From: an archaeon GW2011_AR15
GTDB lineage: Archaea > Nanobdellota > Nanobdellia > Woesearchaeales > GW2011-AR15
Length of the DNA stretch: 64,000 nucleotides
Assembly (NCBI GenBank): GCA_000830295.1
Contig: CP010425.1
Span: forward strand, 832,001-896,000
Reading direction: 5' to 3'
In this document: positions 45,088-54,522 of the stretch, piece after piece
Layout of the letters: every line of letters begins with the position of its first letter
Position numbering within the stretch: position 1 is the stretch's first letter
The notes under the pieces: generated by a model
Databases searched by the model: none
Told to the model about the DNA's origin: nothing
What the model saw: the letters and a program-made list of their open reading frames with translations, nothing else
Position numbers and translations under genes: made by a program

Positions 45088-46278
45088 ATGAATAAAAACG
45101 CAATTGTTATGTTAGCACTTGTCATGGTGCTGGTATTAAGTGCATGCACGACATATCAGTATAATGTAAACCAGACAGAAGAAGCTACAGGAGAAGTAGA
45201 GATTAATGAATCCGCAGGCGAAGTCATAGAGACCACGCCGGTAGTTGAAGATACAGGAGAAACAGCTGATATTACAGTAACAGAAGGCGAGGTAGTAGAC
45301 CTTAAGCCAGCAGTCTGGGATCCTGACGATGATCTTGTGGAGGTAAGTTTCACAAGTCCATTTGATGCAAACGGCGAATGGGAAACAGAAGCCGGGGATG
45401 CAGGATTCTATTCATCAATTGTAACTGCAACAGATAACAAAGGCTCACTTGTTACTATGCAGGTGACAATAAGGGTTCTCCCATTGAACACACCTCCAAC
45501 CATAGCAGCTCCTGATGTCCAGGAATTCAACGAAGGGGATTTTATAGCACTTGAAGTTGATGCTGTTGACAGAGAGGGAGACGAGGTTGTAGTTACATAT
45601 TCCGGCTGGATGAGAGCAAGGAGATACCAGTCAACATTTGATGATGCCGGAGAGCACAAAGTCACAATAAAGGCAGATGACGGCTTTAACATTGTTACAA
45701 AGGAGATTACAGTCATTGTTAAGGATGTCAACAGAAAGCCAGTATTATCCTTTATAGGCCTTGGCGGGGATGACTCAGTCACAGCCACAGAAGGTGACCT
45801 TATTGAGATAACAGTTGAAGCAAGCGACCCAGACGGAGATCCTCTTACAGTAGGCTTCTCACAGCCAATGGACGCAAATGGCAGATGGCAGACAAAAAGA
45901 GGGGACGCCGGAGAATACACTGTTTTAGTAACAGTCAGCGATGGCACAACTGAACTGACAAAGGAAGTCTCAGTTACAGTCCTTAAGAAAAACGAAGCCC
46001 CTGTAATCGAATCATTCACAGTTTCACCAGAGGAAGTCGTGCTTAAGAAACCAGGCGACCAGGTTACAATAAAACTAACCTTGGTTGCATCTGACTCAGA
46101 CGGAGACGAGCTTACAGTTACCTACTCAAGTTACATGACCTCAGATGAGAAAACAGTAACCTACGGAGAGAAAGGCGGTGTAAAGACAGTTACTGTAACA
46201 GTCAGTGATGGTGAAGAATCAGACACAGCAGAGCTGAGCTTCAACATGAACAACTGGCCATGCTTTGACTGCCAGTAA
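45088..46278 (+). CDS. Acidic lipoprotein with tandem Ig/PKD-like repeats
   Basis: LVLSAC lipobox; repeated DPD(G/D)D.L…W.T..GDAG.Y…VTVSDG and N.PP units. Confidence 0.8.
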   Translation: MNKNAIVMLALVMVLVLSACTTYQYNVNQTEEATGEVEINESAGEVIETTPVVEDTGETADITVTEGEVVDLKPAVWDPDDDLVEVSFTSPFDANGEWETEAGDAGFYSSIVTATDNKGSLVTMQVTIRVLPLNTPPTIAAPDVQEFNEGDFIALEVDAVDREGDEVVVTYSGWMRARRYQSTFDDAGEHKVTIKADDGFNIVTKEITVIVKDVNRKPVLSFIGLGGDDSVTATEGDLIEITVEASDPDGDPLTVGFSQPMDANGRWQTKRGDAGEYTVLVTVSDGTTELTKEVSVTVLKKNEAPVIESFTVSPEEVVLKKPGDQVTIKLTLVASDSDGDELTVTYSSYMTSDEKTVTYGEKGGVKTVTVTVSDGEESDTAELSFNMNNWPCFDCQ

Positions 46279-46311
46279 ATTTAATTTATTTTTTATTACC
46301 TTTTTTCTTAT
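46279..46311 (+). terminator. T-rich archaeal-type terminator
   Basis: TTTAATTTATTTTTTATTACCTTTTTTCTT immediately after the stop. Confidence 0.45.
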
Positions 46312-46342
46312 TGTCCTATAATCCAAAGAAAGTTTTAATTTA

Positions 46343-46402
46343 GTGAGAACTACGTTCTCACACTCTCCTTAATCGTTGGGGAGCGCGGGGGGATATCCCC
46401 TC
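46343..46402. repeat. Cluster of short palindromes between convergent genes
   Basis: GTGAGAAC-TAC-GTTCTCAC (46343-46361) and GGGGATATCCCC. Confidence 0.6.
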
Positions 46403-46447
46403 ACCACAATAAAAAGCAATGAGTGATAATATTCTAACTTGTTAATT

Positions 46448-48949
46448 CTACAATTCGTCCAGCCGCATCTGCTTTGACTTTATCAGTCTGTCAACTTCTT
46501 CGACTTCATCCCTAAGTATGTCTTTCTCTTTTGTTTTTCTTGATTCTATTATTATCTTCTCTGAAATGTCATCATCCTGCTCCAGCCTGAATTGTATCTC
46601 TCTGCTCCTGCTGATGACCTCTTTAGGCATGCCTGCGAGCTTTGCAACGTGGATGCCGTAGCTCTTGTCGGTTCCTCCCTCAATTATCTTTCTCAGGAAG
46701 AGTATCTTGTCCTCTTTCTCCTCAACTGCAATGTTGTAATTTTTTACTCCGCTGAGCTCTTTTTCCAGGTTGTTCAGCACATGGTAATGCGTTGCAAACA
46801 GCGTTTTTGCCTTTATTTTCTTTGTTATATATTCAGCGACTGACCACGCAATCGCGACTCCGTCATAAGTGCTTGTTCCTCTCCCGATTTCATCCAAGAG
46901 TATCAGCGATCTTTCTGTTGCGCTGTTTAATATCTGGGCAGTATCGGACATCTCTACCATGAACGTGCTCTGTCCTTTTGAGATGTCATCACTGGCACCT
47001 GTCCTGAAAAATATCTTGTCAATTATCCCGATTTCAGCGTTTTTTGCGGGCACAAAGCAACCGGCCTGCGCCATTATTATATTGAGAGCGGCCTGTTTAA
47101 GATAAATAGATTTTCCTGCCATGTTGGGACCTGTTATTATCATTGTCCTGTTCTTCTCGCCTATAAGAACATCATTTGCAACAAAGTCAGTGAGCTGCTC
47201 TATGACGGGATGCCTGCTTTCCTCCAGTACCAGCTTATACTCTTCATCGACACTTGGTTTTCTGTAGTTGTTAATTATAGAAACTTTGGCAAAAGAGCAC
47301 AGCATGTCAACATATGCTATTTTTTCAGCAGCATCCTGTATCTTTTTCGTCTCTTTTTTTATCTCTCCCTCTATCTCCCCAAACAAGTTCTGTTCCAAAA
47401 CTATTCTTTTTTCCTCGGATGTAAGGATATCCTCCTCAAGCTTTTTCAGCTCTTCTGTTATAAATCTCTCGCTGCTGACAAGAGTCTGTTTCTTTATGTA
47501 ATTATCGGGCACGAGATTCAGGTTTGTTTTTGTAACGTCAATATAATACCCGAAGATTTTGTTGTATCTTATCTTTAGGGATTTTATGCCTGTGCTTTCC
47601 CTCTCTTTGTCTTCAATCTGGCTGATAAGCTTTTTTCCCTCCCGGGAGATTTTCCTGAGCCTGTCAAGCTCTTCATTATATCCTTCCCTGATGAACCCGC
47701 CGTTCAGCGTATTGGCAGGCGCATCATCAGATATGGCCTCATCTATAAGTTCCGCCACATGGCTTAAACTCTCAAATTCTGAAAGCTTTGAAAGAAGATC
47801 TGCATCAGTTTCAGCAAGATATTTTTTTATTTGTGGGATTAATTCAAGAGAACCCTGCAGCGACACAAGATCCCTTGGATTTGAATTGCCGTAATTTATC
47901 CTTGAAATGAGGCGCTCAATATCTGATACATTCTTCAGCAGATCCCTTGTTTCCTCAAGCACAAAGTTCTTTTTTATCAGCTCTTCCACAGAACTTAGTC
48001 TTTGGTTTATCTCCTTTAGGTCCCTTAGAGGCTGAAGCAGGGATTTTTTCAGCAGTCTCAATCCCATTGGTGTAAGAGTCTTATCAAGCACTTTCAGCAG
48101 TGAAGGCTTCTCTCTGCTGTTTATTATCTCAAGATTATTTGCAGTTGTGCTGTCAAAAGCAAGAAACTCAGAGTCTGAGTAGTATTTTAGGGTGTTTATG
48201 TGTGATAATGAACTTTTCTGCATATCCTGGAGATAAGAAAGCATTGCTCCTGCAGAGGATACAGCATTTTCTTTTCTCTTGAGCCCGAAACCATCAAGCG
48301 ACATAACTCCGAAATGCTTCTTGAGGCAGGCCCTTGCATTATCAAAATAGAACTCAACATCGTTCCTGAACGTCAGATAGAACTTTTTCCCCCGGAATTG
48401 CTCCTCTGTCCTGCTCCCTTCCATGCTCATGGGAAGTATGACCTCTTTTGGCTCATAGATTACCAGCTCAGCTATTGCCTTTTCCATACTTTCTGACTCA
48501 GTGGCAAAAAACTCTCCTGTAGATGCATCCACAAAAGATAATCCTATTTTCTCGCCCTTGTATATTGAAGCGATAAAATTGTTTTCCTTGTCAAGCATCT
48601 TTTCTTCTATAACTGTTCCTGGGGTAACTACTCTTATGACTCCCCTTTTTACAACGCCTTTTGCATCTTTTGGATTTTCCAGCTGCTCAACTATTACAAC
48701 CTTATGACCATGCTTTATCATCTTTGACAGGTAGGAATCAAGCGCGTGATATGGAATTCCGGCCAGAGGGATTGCCTGCGAATTCTTCATGCCTCTCCTT
48801 GTCAGGGCTATATCAAGGGTCTTTGAGGTTATTTTTGCGTCCTCAAAAAATGTTTCGTAGAAATCGCCCATCCTGAAAAAGACGATGCAGTCCTTATACT
48901 GCCCCTTTATCTCCATATACTGCTTCATAGCAGGCGTTAATTTTTCCAT
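46448..48949 (-). CDS. mutS: DNA mismatch repair protein MutS (MutS1)
   Basis: TPAMKQY, FRMGDFYE, AGIPYH, TPGT, TGPNMAGKS, STFMVEM, DEIGRGT, FATHYH, SYGIHVAKLAG. Confidence 0.97.
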   Translation of the reverse strand: MEKLTPAMKQYMEIKGQYKDCIVFFRMGDFYETFFEDAKITSKTLDIALTRRGMKNSQAIPLAGIPYHALDSYLSKMIKHGHKVVIVEQLENPKDAKGVVKRGVIRVVTPGTVIEEKMLDKENNFIASIYKGEKIGLSFVDASTGEFFATESESMEKAIAELVIYEPKEVILPMSMEGSRTEEQFRGKKFYLTFRNDVEFYFDNARACLKKHFGVMSLDGFGLKRKENAVSSAGAMLSYLQDMQKSSLSHINTLKYYSDSEFLAFDSTTANNLEIINSREKPSLLKVLDKTLTPMGLRLLKKSLLQPLRDLKEINQRLSSVEELIKKNFVLEETRDLLKNVSDIERLISRINYGNSNPRDLVSLQGSLELIPQIKKYLAETDADLLSKLSEFESLSHVAELIDEAISDDAPANTLNGGFIREGYNEELDRLRKISREGKKLISQIEDKERESTGIKSLKIRYNKIFGYYIDVTKTNLNLVPDNYIKKQTLVSSERFITEELKKLEEDILTSEEKRIVLEQNLFGEIEGEIKKETKKIQDAAEKIAYVDMLCSFAKVSIINNYRKPSVDEEYKLVLEESRHPVIEQLTDFVANDVLIGEKNRTMIITGPNMAGKSIYLKQAALNIIMAQAGCFVPAKNAEIGIIDKIFFRTGASDDISKGQSTFMVEMSDTAQILNSATERSLILLDEIGRGTSTYDGVAIAWSVAEYITKKIKAKTLFATHYHVLNNLEKELSGVKNYNIAVEEKEDKILFLRKIIEGGTDKSYGIHVAKLAGMPKEVISRSREIQFRLEQDDDISEKIIIESRKTKEKDILRDEVEEVDRLIKSKQMRLDEL

Positions 48950-49071
48950 TTACCCCACTGGAAAGGAGAAAAGTTGGAGCTATTTAAAAAAGTATACACT
49001 TGGCTGTATCATGGCAAAAACCAAGGTTTAGGGATTAAATTTATATATTTCTACTTAGTTATGCTTAGTTT

Positions 49072-49947
49072 ATGGATTCAAGGAAAATACAAAGGTCAGG
49101 CACAACCTATTACCTTTATTTGCCGGCATCATGGTGCAGAGAGCACAAGATAACCACGGACTCTATCGTGTACTTGGATAAATCTTCAAGGGGAGACCTT
49201 GTTGTAAAGCCAAAAAAATCAGAAAGCAACCTTTCCTCTCTCAGCATAGAGCTTGCTGACAGCACTCCTGAGGTCATAAACAAGATGATTATTGCCTCGT
49301 ATATCAATCCTGTTAAAGAGTTTACTATCTCCCTGAAAGACAGCATAAGCGCTGACCAGATACTCCAGCACAAGCAGCTTCTTGGCGGGCTTGAGCTCGT
49401 TGATTTTGAGGAGTCACAGATAACATGCAGGACATCCCTTGCACTCAGCGACCCGGACAGCCTTCTCAGGGGAGTCATAAAGAAGGTCCTGAGCATAGCA
49501 AAGCTGATGAAAAAAGACAGTGGCCATGAGCTAATCAAAAGATATGAGGAAGAAGTTGACAAGAGCAATCTTCTCATACACAAGGCAATAATAACAACAC
49601 TGATGTACAGGCATGAGTCAAAGCTGAGGCATATAGACCTCTTTTATATAGGCAGGCTTTCAAGGCTTGCAGAGCAGATTGCGGATATACTGATAAGCCT
49701 GGGAGATAACAAAAAGCTGGTGGATACAATAGAAAGGATGTCTGAAATGCTGCTTTTTACCCTTGATAATCTGAAGCAGCAGAATGTGATAAGATTTATT
49801 AAGGAAGCAGAGAAGCTTGATAGAGTAGAAGTGAAGAGTCTTGAGACGTACAAAGAAAAAAGGATTTATTCTCTCTTTGCGCACATTGCAGAAGTCCTCT
49901 GCAACTGGCTTATAACGAAGAAGACAGAAGAGAAAGACTTATATTAG
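49072..49947 (+). CDS. AbrB-like N-terminal domain, PhoU-family phosphate regulator
   Basis: RKIQRSG.TYYL.LP.SW N-terminus; EEEVDK and RLAEQIAD PhoU-like helices. Confidence 0.7.
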   Translation: MDSRKIQRSGTTYYLYLPASWCREHKITTDSIVYLDKSSRGDLVVKPKKSESNLSSLSIELADSTPEVINKMIIASYINPVKEFTISLKDSISADQILQHKQLLGGLELVDFEESQITCRTSLALSDPDSLLRGVIKKVLSIAKLMKKDSGHELIKRYEEEVDKSNLLIHKAIITTLMYRHESKLRHIDLFYIGRLSRLAEQIADILISLGDNKKLVDTIERMSEMLLFTLDNLKQQNVIRFIKEAEKLDRVEVKSLETYKEKRIYSLFAHIAEVLCNWLITKKTEEKDLY

Positions 49948-49978
49948 GTAAACTAAGTAGATTAACTTTTTAATATGT

Positions 49979-50365
49979 ATGGAATTTCGAGGACAGGTCA
50001 GAAAGAAAAAAATGGAACACAGTGAAGAAGAAACCAAGGAAACTGATAATTTTGCACTGCAGGTTAAAAAGATAGAAGAAGAGGCAGAAAAAATTATCGC
50101 GGATGCGAACCGGGAAAAGGAAGAGATTATTTCTGAGGCAAAGACAAAATCTGTTTCTCTTTTGGCTGAAAAGCAAAGAAAGCTTGAAGGGGAGAAAGAA
50201 GAGATAGTAAAGAAAGAAAAGCAAAAAATTTCAAAGGAAAAAGATAAGATACTGGCCAAGGGGAAGGAAGACCTTGAGGCATTTGAAAAAAAAGCCTCAA
50301 AAAATGTTGCCAAGGCAGCTGAACTTGTTCTAAAAAAGCTCGATGAGAAAATAGGGGAATTATAA
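49979..50365 (+). CDS. atpH: A-type ATP synthase subunit H (G-like stator); start may be 50012
   Basis: Charged coiled coil (EEEAEKIIADA…EA) at the head of the operon. Confidence 0.7.
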   Translation: MEFRGQVRKKKMEHSEEETKETDNFALQVKKIEEEAEKIIADANREKEEIISEAKTKSVSLLAEKQRKLEGEKEEIVKKEKQKISKEKDKILAKGKEDLEAFEKKASKNVAKAAELVLKKLDEKIGEL

Positions 50366-52321
50366 ATGATGAAAGCAAAAGACATGAACAAGGTTACAGT
50401 ATTCGGCCCGAAGAGCTATATGAAGGAGATCATAGAAACCCTCTATAATCTGAACGTCGTCCATATAGAAGATTATACAAAAAAGACAGAAGAGGATTAT
50501 TTTGAGATAGGAGAGCCTTATGCAGAGAATGAAAAGTATGCAGATATCCTTATTAAGCTTAGGACCATGATATCAAAGCTTGGGCTCAGGAAATCAGGAA
50601 AAAACCCAAGCAAGATTTCCATAAAGGAAATTGAGTCAAAAACCAATGAGCTTTATGACAGAATCACCGCACTCCTCAGGAAGGAGGAGTATTTTTCAGA
50701 TATAAAACGGGCATATGAAAAAAAGAAAGTGGAGGAAGCTGTTTCGTCCCTTAAGCTCGGCTCTGAGTCAGATTACTCATCAATGGCTCATTATGTTGGA
50801 TTTATCAATACCAATGAGGCAGAGTTTAAAGAGAAAGTAGGAAAATTAACAGCAAAATTTGAGCTGTACTGGACAAACTATGACGGAATTCCGGTAATGG
50901 CCTTGCTTGCAGGAGTCAAAAAGCATGACAAGATAATCCGGCTGCTTAATGAGTACGAGTTTTCACCAATGGACAACCCACTTGTAAAAAAGCAGCTTAA
51001 GCTGAAATCAAAATCAGGGATTAAATTCGTCAAAGAAGATTATCAGCTTAAACTTGTTACAGAAAAACTTGAGCATATAAAAAAAGAGATTGAAAAGCTA
51101 AAGGAGCATAACAGCGGATTCTTAGAAGAGGCAGAGAAAAAATTAAGCATTGAAGCTGAGAAAGCGGAAGCGCCATTGAGGATAGCAACCACAAAGAACA
51201 CATTCCTCATAAAAGGGTGGGTTCCTGTTGAAAACAAGGAGAAGCTCCAGTCTTCCCTTGAAGCAATAACAAAAGGCAGGGTAATGGTGGAATTTGAAAA
51301 GCCGACCACAAAAGAAAAGCCGCCAATAGCTTTTAACCATCCGAAAATAGTCGAGCCGTTTGAGGCATTCATGAATCTCTATACGCTTCCGAGCTACAAG
51401 GAGATAGACCCGACATTCTTCATGTTCCTTACATTTCCCATATTTTTCGGATTCATGCTCGGTGATGTTGGCTATGGACTTGTAATACTCACCTTATTCT
51501 TGATTTTGAAGAAGAAAATGCCGGGAGCAAAGAATTTCCTGAATGCATTTATCATAGCTGCAGTTGCATCAATAGCATTCGGAGCGGTATTTGGGGAATA
51601 TTTCGGATATGAAGAAGTTTCTCCAGGGGTTGCAGCAGCCCTTGGCATACACCCGGAAGAGATATTTTCCCACGGGGAAATTGAGACAGTATACCCTATC
51701 CCGCATCTGTTCAGCAGAAGCCATGGGATAAACGATTTACTCTCAATGGCAATACTATTCGGAGTTGTGCATGTCCTGATTGGTTACATGATAGGATTCA
51801 TCAATGTTGCAAAAGCGCACGGCATTAAGCACGCAATCTTTGAAAAAGCAGGATGGATGCTGTTATTTCCTGCAGTGATATACCTGCTGACTGATTTTCT
51901 CGGTGTCGTGACAGGATTTATAGCGCTGATGCTTGCGCCATTAATACCGCCAATGCCGGTAATGATAGCTTTGGCACTACTAGGGGTATTATTAATAATT
52001 AAAGGAGAAGGGGTCCAGGGTGCAATTGAGCTTCCTGCATTGTTGTCAAATATACTTTCATATGCAAGGCTGATGGCAGTCGGCCTGGCCTCATTAAGCC
52101 TGGCCCTTGTAGTTAATGATCTTGCAGGCCAGATGTTTTCATCAGGAATAATAGGGATAATAATGGGCACAATAGTACTGGTGCTGGGGCACACAATCAA
52201 CATAGCTCTCGGCGTGCTGAGCCCATTCTTGCATTCTCTCAGGCTTCACTATGTTGAGTTTTTCACAAAGTTCTTCAAAGGCGGAGGAACAAAATACAAT
52301 TCATTTGGATACAAAAATTAA
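50366..52321 (+). CDS. atpI: A-type ATP synthase subunit I (a)
   Basis: GWVP, PSYKEIDPT, FFGFMLGDVGYG, SYARLMAVGL, LRLHYVEFF. Confidence 0.96.
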   Translation: MMKAKDMNKVTVFGPKSYMKEIIETLYNLNVVHIEDYTKKTEEDYFEIGEPYAENEKYADILIKLRTMISKLGLRKSGKNPSKISIKEIESKTNELYDRITALLRKEEYFSDIKRAYEKKKVEEAVSSLKLGSESDYSSMAHYVGFINTNEAEFKEKVGKLTAKFELYWTNYDGIPVMALLAGVKKHDKIIRLLNEYEFSPMDNPLVKKQLKLKSKSGIKFVKEDYQLKLVTEKLEHIKKEIEKLKEHNSGFLEEAEKKLSIEAEKAEAPLRIATTKNTFLIKGWVPVENKEKLQSSLEAITKGRVMVEFEKPTTKEKPPIAFNHPKIVEPFEAFMNLYTLPSYKEIDPTFFMFLTFPIFFGFMLGDVGYGLVILTLFLILKKKMPGAKNFLNAFIIAAVASIAFGAVFGEYFGYEEVSPGVAAALGIHPEEIFSHGEIETVYPIPHLFSRSHGINDLLSMAILFGVVHVLIGYMIGFINVAKAHGIKHAIFEKAGWMLLFPAVIYLLTDFLGVVTGFIALMLAPLIPPMPVMIALALLGVLLIIKGEGVQGAIELPALLSNILSYARLMAVGLASLSLALVVNDLAGQMFSSGIIGIIMGTIVLVLGHTINIALGVLSPFLHSLRLHYVEFFTKFFKGGGTKYNSFGYKN

Positions 52322-52347
52322 GTTCAAAACACACGGAGGTTAAAAAA

Positions 52348-52581
52348 ATGGCAGCAGATATCGGAACAGGATTGATTGCTATCGGTGCATCGCTGGCTGT
52401 AGGCCTTACTGCTCTTGGTACAGGAATGGCAGAGCAGGCAATAGGTACAGCAGCAATCGGTGCAATGGCTGAGAAAGAAGAACTTTTCGGTAAAGGGCTT
52501 ATCCTTACAGTTATCCCGGAGAGTATCGTTATTTTCGGTCTGGTAGTAGCTATCCTGATAATTGGATTGGCAGCAGCATAA
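52348..52581 (+). CDS. atpK: A-type ATP synthase subunit K (c), single hairpin
   Basis: Two TM helices with IPESIVIFG ion-binding Glu. Confidence 0.95.
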   Translation: MAADIGTGLIAIGASLAVGLTALGTGMAEQAIGTAAIGAMAEKEELFGKGLILTVIPESIVIFGLVVAILIIGLAAA

Positions 52582-52599
52582 AAACTGCTTTGATCTAAG

Positions 52600-53142
52600 A
52601 TGGGGATAAACGAAGTAAAAAAAGAAATACTGGACAATGCCGGAAAAGAGGCATCCAGAATTCTGGCAGAAGCTGGGAAAGAGGAGAAAGAGATAGTAGG
52701 CTCAATAGCCTCAGCAGTAAAGCAGAGCAAAGAGAAACAGGAAAAAGACATAAAGAGGACAGTTGAGCAGTACAGGTCCTCTGTGCTTTCAGAGGCAGAA
52801 TCAGCAGTCAAGAAAGAGAGGCTTTCCCTTGAGAAGAAGATTATCAGCAAGGTTTTCTCCAGTGCAGCCGAGAAGCTTGGCAGCCTTAGCCAGAAAAAGA
52901 GGGAGCAACACCTAAACAGGCTTTCAAAAAAGATAAAGGAGCTTGGATACCCTACGGTCTATTGTTCTCTGAAAGACCAGAAGCACCTCAAGAAATATAG
53001 TCCGAAAGCAGCAGATATTCTTGGAGGCATAGTTCTTGAAAACAAACAGGGAGATACAAGGGTAGATCTGAGCTACGATATGCTTCTTGAAGAAGTTAAG
53101 AAGGAGGAAATGTCAGCGATTGTCAGGACATTGTTTGCATAA
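52600..53142 (+). CDS. atpE: A-type ATP synthase subunit E
   Basis: ILGGIVLE…RVDLSY…LF; operon position. Confidence 0.88.
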   Translation: MGINEVKKEILDNAGKEASRILAEAGKEEKEIVGSIASAVKQSKEKQEKDIKRTVEQYRSSVLSEAESAVKKERLSLEKKIISKVFSSAAEKLGSLSQKKREQHLNRLSKKIKELGYPTVYCSLKDQKHLKKYSPKAADILGGIVLENKQGDTRVDLSYDMLLEEVKKEEMSAIVRTLFA

Positions 53143-53147
53143 TAAAA

Positions 53148-54200
53148 ATGACAGAGCAAAAATTCAGGTATAAGTTTAATCCGTATACATTTGCCAGAAT
53201 CAGCGCTATGAGGTCCCTTCTCCTGAAAAAAGAAGATTATGACAAGATAATGAAGATGGACACTTCAGAGATAGTAAAATTTCTCCAGGAGGGAGTCTAC
53301 AGCCAGGAGATAAGCGATGCGGCAATAAGGTATTCAGGCCTGAAGCTTGTGGAAGTCGCCCTAAGCAGGCACCTTCAGAAAATATTTCTGAAGCTGAAAC
53401 TGATTTCAGACCCAAGCATTGAATTCCTTATGAACCAGTATCTGAAAAGGTATGATTTCTACAACCTGAAAACAATACTGAGGGCAAAACAGACAGGAGC
53501 CCGGGAAGAGGAAGTCAGGGATCTCCTGTTGCCTGTCGGCTCGCTCAGGACAGAGAAACTGAGGCAGCTTTTTGGAAAGGATACGGCAAGAGAGATAATA
53601 GCATCGTCAGGCGTGGTTAATATGAAGGATTTCTCTTCAGCAATAAACAATTATGAGCAGACACATCAGCTGAGCGAGATTGAGAACCTGTTTGACTACC
53701 ATTATTATATTGATACATTGCAGTTCTCAGAAAAGATACCTAAAGAAGGGAAGCTTTTCGAGGAATTTTTCAGGCATGAATTTGATGTATACAACCTAAA
53801 GCTGCTGCTAAGGAAGATATTCTTTGAGCTTCCTGAAGACTATGTAAAAAAATACGTCATATACGGAGGAAAGAACATATCAAAGGCTGCCCTTAACTCG
53901 CTTCTGAAGGCAGAGAATTATTCCGAATTTATGAATGCCCTAAGCAGGACGAAATACAGCAGAATACTTCCGGATATGAAAGGGAAAAAGGGAGCACTTC
54001 TTAGGACAGAGATTGCACTTGACTCGATGCTTCTTGAGAAAAGCATATTATTATTTCACCAGCATCCTCTTACAGTAGATATAGTTCTTGGCTATATGTT
54101 TGCAAAAGAGATTGAAGTCAGGAATCTGAGGATAATAATAAAATCAAAAAAACTGGAATTTACAGAAGATTATGTCAAGGACCTAGTGATGGTGAGATAA
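53148..54200 (+). CDS. atpC: A-type ATP synthase subunit C
   Basis: YTFARISAMRS.LL, D.YNLKTILR, KEIEVRNLRII. Confidence 0.92.
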   Translation: MTEQKFRYKFNPYTFARISAMRSLLLKKEDYDKIMKMDTSEIVKFLQEGVYSQEISDAAIRYSGLKLVEVALSRHLQKIFLKLKLISDPSIEFLMNQYLKRYDFYNLKTILRAKQTGAREEEVRDLLLPVGSLRTEKLRQLFGKDTAREIIASSGVVNMKDFSSAINNYEQTHQLSEIENLFDYHYYIDTLQFSEKIPKEGKLFEEFFRHEFDVYNLKLLLRKIFFELPEDYVKKYVIYGGKNISKAALNSLLKAENYSEFMNALSRTKYSRILPDMKGKKGALLRTEIALDSMLLEKSILLFHQHPLTVDIVLGYMFAKEIEVRNLRIIIKSKKLEFTEDYVKDLVMVR

Positions 54201-54512
54201 ATGGCAGATTTGGCAGTTGTCGGGGATAGCGAATTCGTAATGGGGTTCGAGCTCATAGGAATAAAAAAAATCTTTGAAGGAGAGACGCCAGCAGAGCTGA
54301 AAAACTCATTCAGCCGGGCACTGTCAGATAGGACAACAGGAATAATAGTCACAAATGATAAGGCTCTTGGAAAGCTTGACCTTAATTTCAGGAGAAATGT
54401 TGAGAACTCAATAAGCCCGGTCACGGTTGTGCTTTCCACAAGCATGGCAGCACAGCAGAACCTTAGGGACATGATAAAAAAAGCAATAGGAATTGATTTA
54501 ATGAACAGATAA
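54201..54512 (+). CDS. atpF: A-type ATP synthase subunit F
   Basis: AVVGD.EFVMGFELIG, IKKAIGIDL. Confidence 0.93.
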   Translation: MADLAVVGDSEFVMGFELIGIKKIFEGETPAELKNSFSRALSDRTTGIIVTNDKALGKLDLNFRRNVENSISPVTVVLSTSMAAQQNLRDMIKKAIGIDLMNR

Positions 54513-54522
54513 TAGGTGAATC

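Noticed and set aside
52930-52952. KIKELGY in ATP synthase subunit E resembling the SLGY motif
   Set aside because: Internal, in an unrelated housekeeping protein; most likely chance
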